Assembly (NCBI GenBank): GCA_008369845.1
Contig: MRSU01007394.1
Location: forward strand, 1-49,692
Reading direction: 5' to 3'
DNA from: Trichomonas gallinae
Lineage: Eukaryota
Length of the DNA stretch: 49,692 bases
Positions 21,307 to 30,500 of the stretch are shown one piece after another. Both the position numbers and the translations under genes were made by a program. Positions within the stretch are counted from its first letter, which is position 1; every line of letters starts with the position of its first letter. The notes below the pieces were generated by a model. That model was given only the letters and a program-made list of their open reading frames with translations, was not told the DNA's origin and made no database searches.

Positions 21307-21799
21307 TTAGACATAAAATTCATTTTATACCAAATTTATACTAATTGACTATTATTAAACAAATCTAGTTAGTTTATTTTCGAAAATAAAAATTAATCGG
21401 CTCATTTTTTGCAATTTTTTAAAAATGACTAGAATTTTCAACAAATTTTATATTACTTATTTTGAATAAAACTGCAAGAAGAAAAATTATAGTATGATTA
21501 AATGATGCGTATGTTTATAATAAGCATAATTCGCTGTATCATTTTGTTTCAGGGCTATTTTTTGAATGAGAAAATCGACTTTTTCTAGTTCACCCCCGTT
21601 TAATTATTTCAAACCCTGTAATTTTTAAATATCAATTTTATTCGATAAATCATCTCATTATGATGAATAAATCTTTATTTTGTTTTGCCTGTCAAATGGG
21701 AAATTTTAAATGACATTGTAAATTTACAAATGTCAAAATTTTAATCAGGAAGTGGATAATAATATTCTTTATGAATTTTTTACATAGAAAAAATATTTT

Positions 21800-22675
21800 A
21801 TGAGATTTGCTTTAGTTCCGAAACATAGGGATTGGTTCCATACACTCGTCTATTACTTATTCCGGTTCTTAGGACCTTCGATGCTTAGTATAGGTGTTAT
21901 AATGATTGGCCTGTCTCACTGGGGATTAATTCTTTTTAATTTAGATGATACTTTAGGTCCGACAACAGTCAAATTATTATTCGCAATGGATGTAGTATTC
22001 TTAGCTATGTATCTCTACTCATTATTCGTCGCGATTTCGGGCGATAATGGAAAATTAATTAACGTATTGAAAAAACGCATGAATAATAAATACGTCAATG
22101 AAAATATTCTCCGTAGTCTTCCTCAATGCAATCGTTGTGGCCTTCCGAAACCTCCTAGATGCCATCACTGCAGTTATTGCAACGCTTGCCACCTAAGAAT
22201 GGACCACCATTGCCCTGCCTTAGGTATATGTGTTGCATTACGCAATATGCAGCCTTTTTTGGTTATGCTTTTTTGGGGCCAAGTTTTAACATTCACTACC
22301 ACAGCACAATGCATATTGGCTATGTACGTTGATTCATCATTGAGGGTCCCCGCATTATGTTTGGGCGGTTTAATCGGAGTATTATTCTTTATGCTTTCAG
22401 CACTTAAATTTGACGTAATGTTTCGTGTTAAGAGAAATACAACAGTTGTAGAGAATCTCAAAGATTCAGCTTACAGACCATATGACCTTGGAAAAGAAGA
22501 AAATCTCAGACAAGTTTTCGGAACTGGATTTTGGAACAAGATTATACCGAGAAAATCAACAATGACTGGCTTTGAATGGCTTGATCCAGAATTCCGTAAT
22601 GATACATATGTTCCCGATAATGTCGACACTTTACATGATGTTCACTTCCAAAACGTACCAGAAAATACTGCATAA
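21800..22675 (+). CDS. DHHC palmitoyl acyltransferase
   Basis: CNRCGLPKPPRCHHCSYCNACHLRMDHHCPALGICV cysteine-rich domain, four TM helices, NTTVVE (TTxE-like) and PYDLGKEENLRQVFG. Confidence 0.96.
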   Translation: MRFALVPKHRDWFHTLVYYLFRFLGPSMLSIGVIMIGLSHWGLILFNLDDTLGPTTVKLLFAMDVVFLAMYLYSLFVAISGDNGKLINVLKKRMNNKYVNENILRSLPQCNRCGLPKPPRCHHCSYCNACHLRMDHHCPALGICVALRNMQPFLVMLFWGQVLTFTTTAQCILAMYVDSSLRVPALCLGGLIGVLFFMLSALKFDVMFRVKRNTTVVENLKDSAYRPYDLGKEENLRQVFGTGFWNKIIPRKSTMTGFEWLDPEFRNDTYVPDNVDTLHDVHFQNVPENTA

Positions 22676-23236
22676 TTTGTTTGTTAGTCTAATCTGCGCT
22701 AATTGTTCTGTAAAATAATTAAATATCAAAATATTAATTCTACATTCATGAATTTCATAAATTTCAATAGTAACAATGCGCGAACATCATATTACATTTA
22801 GTTTATTACTATTTCCACATCAAATTTTTGAGATAAATCAAAACTCTCAAAACAATGATGGAAACTATTAGAAAATGACCAGAATGGCTTCGAGACTAAA
22901 ATTTCAAACCTCTTTTCTTTGGATTTTGAGATTTTAAATTGAACATAAGATATTCCCAACGAAATACGAATTTGCTTTAGATGAACATCATATATCTTCA
23001 TGTAGAAATTATTTATATTATTTACATTAAAATTTACTATTAAGATGTTAAATCTCCAAAATAATTAGTAACATTTTGATATTATAGCTAGCTATTATAA
23101 TAAATTAATAGTAGATGTAGTATAGTAAAATATATTATTACTATCAAATTCCAAAATAAAGTATATGTTGAGATAAATAACTAAAAATGATGACGAGAAA
23201 AAAAATGCAAAATTATAAAAGTGACAAGAATTAAAA

Positions 23237-24361
23237 ATGAGTATAACGAAATTTAAGAAAAAAGATTTAGTTTTCCTAAAACACGAAGATTTTCCTGATT
23301 CAGTTCTAGGTGAAATCGTCGAATTTCGCAATCATAACACTCAAGCTTACGTTCACCTGATTAATCAAGATAAAAGATTGGACAGGTGGGTTGATATTGG
23401 CCAATTACAGCTCTCCCCTGATCAAAAGAATTATTCTACTAAATATAAGCGAATAAATGATAACTCTGACGAAGAACAAACAGATTTAATGAAATTCGAA
23501 GAAGTTCACAAAGAAATTACGAAAATAAGGAACATTGATATGATAACTATAGGAAATTACACGATAAGAACATGGTATTTTTCACCATTTCCTTATCCAT
23601 TCTTCGAAAAAGATCATCTCTACATTTGCGAGCATTGCTTTACTTATTTTGCATCAGAAAAAGAATTACAAGACCATAAAGAAGAAACAAAAGAAAGGAA
23701 ACCGCCTGGTCGTGAAATTTATCGCGACGGGAATATTTCGATATTTGAATTAACAGGAAAGAATCAGAAAATATCGTGCCAAAATCTGTGCTTACTATCG
23801 AAACTGTTTCTCGATCACAAAACTCTGTTTTATGATGTTGAAGGATTCGAATTTTTCGTATTGTGCGAATGTGACAACGAAGGAGCTCACATAGCTGCTT
23901 ACTTTAGCCGCGAGATCAAAAGTGCGCACGGAAATATTTTGGCTTGTATAACAACATTGCCTCCATATCAAAAGAAGGGATACGGAAACCTACTCATATC
24001 TCTCTCATATGAGCTGGCAAAGCGTCAGAAGAGAAGTGGCGGCCCAGAAACGCCTCTTTCAGACTTAGGAAAAATTGCATTCAAAAAATATTGGAAACAA
24101 ACAATAATTAGCGTTTTAAAGAATGGTGAGAATGATATTAGAAGCATTGATGACATTGTCGTAAAAACAGCAATCGATAGAAACGATATTATCAAAACAC
24201 TCAAGAAAATGAACCTAGTCCGTGAGAAAAACGACGAGTTCAGACTTGTTATGTCCAGGGAAAAATGGAAAGCAGCTTTTGGAGAATTTGAAATTATGAA
24301 ATCAAGAAATGTTATTCAAACAAACAAATTGATTTGGTTCCCTCCAGATGAAGAAGAGTAG
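23237..24361 (+). CDS. MYST-family histone acetyltransferase with N-terminal chromo/Tudor-knot domain (Esa1/Tip60/MOF-like)
   Basis: YVHLINQDKRLDRWV, TWYFSPFP, CQNLCLLSKLFLDHKTLFYDV, ILACITTLPPYQKKGYG, GGPETPLSDLG. Confidence 0.96.
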   Translation: MSITKFKKKDLVFLKHEDFPDSVLGEIVEFRNHNTQAYVHLINQDKRLDRWVDIGQLQLSPDQKNYSTKYKRINDNSDEEQTDLMKFEEVHKEITKIRNIDMITIGNYTIRTWYFSPFPYPFFEKDHLYICEHCFTYFASEKELQDHKEETKERKPPGREIYRDGNISIFELTGKNQKISCQNLCLLSKLFLDHKTLFYDVEGFEFFVLCECDNEGAHIAAYFSREIKSAHGNILACITTLPPYQKKGYGNLLISLSYELAKRQKRSGGPETPLSDLGKIAFKKYWKQTIISVLKNGENDIRSIDDIVVKTAIDRNDIIKTLKKMNLVREKNDEFRLVMSREKWKAAFGEFEIMKSRNVIQTNKLIWFPPDEEE

Positions 24362-24500
24362 TTATGAATTTTAGATGTTTTAAATAAATGTTTTGTTTTT
24401 GAAACTATTTTTATATTTGATTATAACTATTAACTACAATCAGTCCCTAGATTGCTTCATATTTCGTGGATATATATTTTAAGAATAGTTTCTTTATTTT

Positions 24501-25494
24501 TTGCACTTTGACACTGCCACAGATGATGTCTGGGGAATGTTTTACACTAACTCACCTACGCACAACTATACTAATGATGTCAATCCTTCTATTGTCAGTC
24601 AAGAAAACAACAAATACTTCTTTACAACTACGTTTTCTCAAATCAACAGAATGGATGCATATCGATAGAAAACAAAAACTCCATTGATTTCCTCCACAGT
24701 TTCTGCCTCTTCCGCAACAACTTTAGCCCAAGTTATGGATGAAGTATTTACTTTAGTGGAAACAGTCAAACTGTTCAACATAGAATCTGTGCATACAACT
24801 CTACAGCTCCATTGTACGGATTGTTTTCTAGTGCAGAAGCTGGTTTATCTAAACAAGATAGTATTTAATTCAATTACAATATTGAGTGTTCATTGACACA
24901 TTGTAATTCACAAGAGTCATCCTTGGGTGACATTATTTATAAGTTCTATGGCGCAGGATCATTACCTTCATCAAATTCAAGCCAAAACATTTGTGTAGAT
25001 AGTTCAGGATACATCTTTAGTTCGTCAAATCCATCCTCAGCGATCAATTACACGACTGTAGCAAACAACACCGCTCAATGGTCTATTGCTGATCATTCAA
25101 TTTCAGGAACTTACTTGTTGACGAAATCGAACATCATCAACAATGAAATCATTGGTAGAGGATATCCAGCCAGTTCCATCGTTGTAAATTTTAATAATGA
25201 TATAATGACAATCCGATCCGCGAAAACTATTTTGTCTTGATAGGAATAATGAAGATTATATAGGCAAATTCCTTGTCAAGAGCTGTCACATCGATGAAAA
25301 AAATCAGCAAATCAAAACAGACACATTTTTTGTGTAACTTGTCCAGCATTTTTCTACGTACAAATGCTGTTCCTCCAGACAGATGCGCAGCTCAATCGGG
25401 ATCTTCATCATTTAGTAACACTTTTATCACTGGTGCTGCATATTTATTTGAAAACATACTCAAAATAGAATGGACAAGATTTTTTTTTAAATAA
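24501..25494 (+). pseudogene. Frameshifted copy of the Cys/Asn/Ser-rich beta-helix-like family
   Basis: Begins LHFDTATDDVWGMFY, as in 35833-36873. Homologous segments (FLHSFCLF, SSNSSQ..C, INYTTVANNTA, YLLTKSNIINNEI, AVPP, ENILKIE) are spread over several frames with stop codons. Confidence 0.85.
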
Positions 25495-25527
25495 CAATCA
25501 TATTTCAAAAGAGCATAAACTTGAACT

Positions 25528-25648
25528 TGTTTCCTTGAGTGTCGCCAATTGTGACTGTGTTTGTGCTGCGGTCGTATCCGATTTGACTGATTTCACTGTT
25601 GCAGCGGAGGATGACGCAGACTTCGCAAAGATTGAATGCTTCGAAGAG
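25528..25648 (-). pseudogene. Remnant of a BEACH gene C-terminus (last WD40 blade)
   Basis: The first 33 bp are identical to 232-264. It translates LFEAFNLCEVCVILRCNSEISQIGYDRSTNTVTIGDTQGN versus LFEAFNLREICVVFRCDNNISHVGYDRSTDTVTIGDTQGN in the intact gene. Confidence 0.9.
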
Positions 25649-25850
25649 GAAAATGGCAAAACTTGATGCCAATTTTTGACACTTTACATGCCAAATGTCA
25701 AATAACGAATGAAAAATAATTTTGGTGAAAAGATTTTTGAATTTTAGCCAAATATTTGATATATAATATTGCTATAAATTGCAAATAATTAATTAAATCT
25801 TAAATCCGAGGGAGCACTTTAATTGAATAGTTGTAAAGTGAATGGTCCGC

Positions 25851-25855
25851 CCTTT
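25851..25855 (+). promoter_or_regulatory. M5 (CCTTT) element of RPS18
   Basis: ccgcCCTTTtgattagtATG: same placement and same agtATG context as RPS15A. Confidence 0.65.
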
Positions 25856-25863
25856 TGATTAGT

Positions 25864-26331
25864 ATGCCGATCGAAGTCACCGATCCAGCTGCTTTCCGCG
25901 ATATGGTCCGTATGCTCTCCACAAACGTTGATGGCCGCCGTCCACTCTACCTCGCCCTCACAAACATCGCTGGTCTTGGCCGCAGATTCGCTCATGCTGT
26001 TGTCCGCCGCGCTGGCCTCGATCCACTCCGCCGTGCTGGTACACTCACACCAAAGGAGGAAGAACTCATCGTCTCTATCATCCAGAACCCAACAGAGCAT
26101 GGTATTCCAAAATGGATGCTTAACCGCCGCTTCGACCGCGCTACAGGTCAGGACACCCACTGGGTTGCTACAGACCTTGGTGCTAACCTCCGCTCTGAAA
26201 TCGAGCGCATGAAGAAGATGAGAATGAAACGTGGTATCCGCCATGGTCTCGGCCTCAAGGTTCGTGGTCAGTCCACAAAGTCCACTGGCCGTAAGGGTGG
26301 TGCTCTCGGTGTTGAACGTAAGAAAGACTAA
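25864..26331 (+). CDS. RPS18: 40S ribosomal protein S18 (uS13)
   Basis: FRDMVRMLSTNVDGRR...ALTNIAGLGRRFA...RAGTLT...IPKWMLNRR...RGIRHGLGLKVRGQSTKSTGRKG; ATG at 25864. Confidence 0.97.
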   Translation: MPIEVTDPAAFRDMVRMLSTNVDGRRPLYLALTNIAGLGRRFAHAVVRRAGLDPLRRAGTLTPKEEELIVSIIQNPTEHGIPKWMLNRRFDRATGQDTHWVATDLGANLRSEIERMKKMRMKRGIRHGLGLKVRGQSTKSTGRKGGALGVERKKD

Positions 26332-26624
26332 ATTGGCATAAAATACTTTTTACTTACTCTTCGATATTATCAATTCCAACCCCTCTTCTTTTATTTTTCT
26401 TTCTCATAGTTTCTCCAATCACATTTTTTGATATTTGATATTTAGAAATCAAATTTTATTTAAAGGGAGCTGAAAATGACAACGAGGCAAATATAGAGAG
26501 ATCAAATGAACGAGAATTCAGAAAAGAAAACAAAATTTTAAATAATCAAATATATATATTAATGGATAAGGTGTCTAATACTGGACAAAAATAGTTATAT
26601 TGAAGTAAAACAAAATGAAATAGT

Positions 26625-28091
26625 TTATTTGAGGAACTCTGAGAGATCCTTTGTGACAAGTTCTAAATTTTTGTCTCTCATCAATGAATTCAAGTTCGTC
26701 AAGCTGTTGAGGACAGCTTGTGCACCTTCTTTCTGCCTCTTTATCCAGTTTTCTTGGCTGGTAATTATTCCTTCTGCAATTGCATGACTCTTATTGTTAG
26801 TTGGCAGCGGTTTAGTGATGAAATCGCTGGTTGGTCTGACATTTGGCTTAATTTCAAGAGAATCAATATCATCATCAGGCTCCATTTCAGCCATATCAGC
26901 TTGATTCGGGCCACTCATGATTGGAAGCTTGATTTTATCATATCCAGTGAATGTGAATGGTGCAATATCTGTATTATCTTTGTATCCAACAAACATCTGC
27001 TCGTAATTCTTCAATGGCATTGCTAAAATAGACGACTGGCCTATCTGATCTGGGAGTGGAGGTAATTCCGCAGGTTTGGCACGTAAATCGTAAATAGGAT
27101 CGAAATTGAAAAATCTTATATCTCTGTCGTAATTTGTTGCAGTAGGAAGTGGTGTGACAGGGATAATATCGCGATTTGGAAGTGGATTTGATAAACTATT
27201 CTCAGGAATAATCGGTTCTTTCCTTTCTCGAACTGGTTGTTCCTCCTGAACGCCAGGGAATGAAGAAGGCGGGGTAATTGGAATGGGTGTGAACGCAGAG
27301 CACTCAGTGCGTGGGAATGGAGTCAACTGGAAGCGCTCAACGAGGCCTGGTTTATATGGTGGAATAGATTTTTCGATCCTGTTGGATTCAATGACAAGTT
27401 CTGGCGGTTCAATAGTAACAGGATCTGATGGTGTTGTGAATTTCTGCTGTTGTTTAACACATTTTACGTTAATTGTTAATAACGATTCTGCTGTGAAAGT
27501 TGAGAAGTTTGAAGTAGATTTGAGGGCTTGCGGAGTACTTGGAGTAACCAAAATACGCTGCAGAACTTTCTGAGAGCGCGTTCTGGCACGTTTTTCGATT
27601 AAAATTTTGCTAATTATGTCTTTGAATTTATCCATGAGTGTATATTGCGATTCATAGTTTGTATTAAGGAGAGGGTCGAACGTTGGTGTTGTGTTTACTG
27701 GAATTCGAGGCGCTGGTTTCGATGAAGTTTCTGTAACTGTTAACATGATGGCTTTTCTATTATTTTTAGTATCTGCTTGCTCATAGAACTTAGTTCGCGA
27801 GCTTACGAGGTTGTCAATCGTTTCCTGAGGTACTGGCGACTTTCCGAGTGAATTTTCTGATCTTAGTTCTTTTGTTCTAATGAAATTTACTTGGTCTTCG
27901 AAAGCCTTCAAAAACAGTTGCTCTTTTTCCTTCCTAGATTTAGCCTGAAAGGAATGAGAAAATGGAAAAAGGGGATCTTGAAGATTCACTTCAGTAGAAA
28001 CATTCACTTCAATGGATGCAGTCGAGAGAGAGATAATTTCGGGGCCAAGGGGCTGGTTCTCGTTCATCGTTTGAAGCTCAATTCCATCCAT
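26625..28091 (-). CDS. Proline-rich protein with a CFAP221/PCDP1-like central segment
   Basis: 488-aa ORF. KEQLFLKAFEDQV...LGKSPVP...PTFDPLLNTNY...DKFKDIISKILIEKR recalls CFAP221 (KEALFEQKV...LGKDPMS...PTFDPLINNTW...RFQQVARKVMIQGR, from memory). The CDS is secure; the family call is tentative. Confidence 0.55.
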   Translation of the reverse strand: MDGIELQTMNENQPLGPEIISLSTASIEVNVSTEVNLQDPLFPFSHSFQAKSRKEKEQLFLKAFEDQVNFIRTKELRSENSLGKSPVPQETIDNLVSSRTKFYEQADTKNNRKAIMLTVTETSSKPAPRIPVNTTPTFDPLLNTNYESQYTLMDKFKDIISKILIEKRARTRSQKVLQRILVTPSTPQALKSTSNFSTFTAESLLTINVKCVKQQQKFTTPSDPVTIEPPELVIESNRIEKSIPPYKPGLVERFQLTPFPRTECSAFTPIPITPPSSFPGVQEEQPVRERKEPIIPENSLSNPLPNRDIIPVTPLPTATNYDRDIRFFNFDPIYDLRAKPAELPPLPDQIGQSSILAMPLKNYEQMFVGYKDNTDIAPFTFTGYDKIKLPIMSGPNQADMAEMEPDDDIDSLEIKPNVRPTSDFITKPLPTNNKSHAIAEGIITSQENWIKRQKEGAQAVLNSLTNLNSLMRDKNLELVTKDLSEFLK

Positions 28092-28171
28092 AACGAGCTA
28101 AAAAGTGACAATTATAACAATTTTTAACTTTTACCTTTTTTATTCTTTTAATCAACATACTATGTTATTTA

Positions 28172-28620
28172 TTTCACTTTTTGCTAACAAATATATCAAA
28201 AATTCGTTGATATTTTTATATTTTTTTTTTCAAGCGATATATCACTAAATACTCTTGGAGTCATAAAATATTGACAAATACTTTCACTTTTTACTAATAA
28301 ATGTACTAAAAATTCGTTGATATTTTATTCAATATTTTTTTTATCAAGCGATACATAACAAAATACATTCATGATAATAAGGTATTGACAAACAATTTCA
28401 CTTTTTGTTATTATATGTTCCAATGAATCGTTGATTTTTTTTTTTCCTAAATTTTTATCAAGAGATATATAACAAAATACATTCATGGTAATAAAATATT
28501 GACAATTAATTTCATTTTTTGCTAATAAATGTACTCAAGATTCTTTGATTTTTTTTCTCATAATTTTTCATCAATACCACATACCAAAGAGAATAGAAAT
28601 TTATAAAATATAGACGAATA
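28172..28620. repeat. Degenerate tandem repeat, 4 units of ~110-114 bp
   Basis: Units start at 28172, 28282, 28396 and 28510. Each reads tttcacttttt..taa.aaat...tcgttga...tcaagcgata...aaatac...taaaatattgaca. Confidence 0.85.
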
Positions 28621-28941
28621 ATCATCGAATTATGTGATATTTTTGCTTCATTTTGATATTATTAAATTTTGTAGCAATAAATTCTTTAAATTGTATGACC
28701 AGACATTGATATTTTGCTAATTTGTGTTAATTAACTGATATTAATAATATTGCTATTACCCAGTTTTAGAAGAAATTTTGGAAAATTTTTTTATCGTGTG
28801 TAATAATCTAATTTTATTAGATATTTATGACTATAAAAGGCAAAGAATATCATATATAAAGCAAAAAGCTTGGCTCACTTAAAAAATTTATAAGGTTAAT
28901 TTTACAAAAAACCGATTTTCAATAGCCAATTTTGGGATTTA

Positions 28942-29952
28942 ATGGACAGGACTGTTCGACTTGAGAATATTGTTGAAATCCTGCTCGAAAACAAAGGCTT
29001 CGGGAATGGAATGACATATGATGACTTTTATTGGGTTTGCAAAGAGATTAAACCAGTTTTACTTAATGAACCTTCTGTGTTGGAACTTGATCCGCCCATT
29101 AAGATATGTGGTGATATTCATGGCCAGTACCATGACCTTCTACGTGTTTTCGATACCGGTGGCTTCGTTCCTCAGAATCGTTTTCTTTTTTTGGGAGACT
29201 ATGTGGACAGAGGAGAAAACAGTGTCGAGGTTATCACTCTTCTGTTCGCATTAAAGTTGCTCTATCCTAACAATATCTATCTACTGAGAGGAAATCATGA
29301 GAGTCCGGAGATGACTGAAGGATTCGGCTTTTACAAAGAATGCCTCGAGAAACTTACAGAAGACCTCTACCTGACTTTCATGGATATCTTTGATTGCTTG
29401 CCAATAGCTGCTATTGTCGGAAAAGAGATCTTTTGCGTCCATGGAGGTCTTAGCCCCGACGTTGACACAATAGACCAGATCAAAGCCATAGAGAGGCCTA
29501 CGTGCGTCCCGAACGAAGGAATATTAGCCGACTTGCTTTGGTCTGATCCAAATCATCAAACTGATAACTGGGGACCGAACGACAGAGGAGCAACAATCAC
29601 ATGGGGCTTGGCCGCAGCCAAGAGATTCTTAGAGACCAATCACTTTACAACTATCGTTAGAGGCCACCAACTTGCTAATGACGGATATAATTTCCCGTTT
29701 TCGCCAGACAAATCCGTTGTCACTATATTTACTGCCAGCTGCTATGCAGGAAGATTCAACAACAAGGCTGCTTTCTTGCAAGTCGATGAAGGAAATAAAT
29801 GCAGCTACACTATTCTTCCTTCTGATATACCAGTGGTTAAGCTTGAAAGGTCTTCAAGCTCTGAGACAAACATTTTGCCAATTTCAAAGTCAGAGCCAAA
29901 AGAAGAAAATTTAATTATTCCTGGAACACCAAGACAACATAAGAATTTATAA
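28942..29952 (+). CDS. PPP-family Ser/Thr protein phosphatase, PP1-like
   Basis: GDIHGQYHDL, LGDYVDRG, LRGNHE, CVHGGLSP, DLLWSDP, NDRG, RGHQ. Confidence 0.96.
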   Translation: MDRTVRLENIVEILLENKGFGNGMTYDDFYWVCKEIKPVLLNEPSVLELDPPIKICGDIHGQYHDLLRVFDTGGFVPQNRFLFLGDYVDRGENSVEVITLLFALKLLYPNNIYLLRGNHESPEMTEGFGFYKECLEKLTEDLYLTFMDIFDCLPIAAIVGKEIFCVHGGLSPDVDTIDQIKAIERPTCVPNEGILADLLWSDPNHQTDNWGPNDRGATITWGLAAAKRFLETNHFTTIVRGHQLANDGYNFPFSPDKSVVTIFTASCYAGRFNNKAAFLQVDEGNKCSYTILPSDIPVVKLERSSSSETNILPISKSEPKEENLIIPGTPRQHKNL

Positions 29953-30500
29953 TTTCAATAGATGCAAACGCACACAGTGTCAAATGATATAATTATTTTT
30001 ATTGATTAATGTTTTGTTTAATATTAATAAAGCAATATTTCATCATGCAACACAATCATTTGATATAGAATCAAACACATTATACAAACAATATTCTAGT
30101 TCCTTATTTCCTGATAAAAATTTTTCTTTTTCAATATTGAACAGATTTTATCTTTAAAGAAGGGATAAAATTAGAATATTTCGAACATAATAAAGAGAAT
30201 TTTATCAACCATCCTTGTTAATAGTTTATTTATTAATTATTTGCACAGATTTGATTTGAATTTCGATCAAAAACTAATGATATTTGGTTGAAAATGTATG
30301 GAAATGAAGATTATAGGCTATAAGATGGTAGTAGTGCAGTTATTTTTGTACTTTATCGTTGAAAAAAGACAAAAAATAAAAAAGATTTTAGTAAAATCTT
30401 GTAAACATCAGAACTAAAATTAGCAAAAAAATCATAAATAAAATATCAAAGATTTTTAGCATTTTTTGTGTGAATAACAACTGTTTATCGCTTCAAATAA

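Noticed and set aside
25819..26244. Antisense and alternative-frame ORFs over RPS18 (likewise over RPS15A and ADI)
   Set aside because: By-products of strong codon bias in highly expressed genes.
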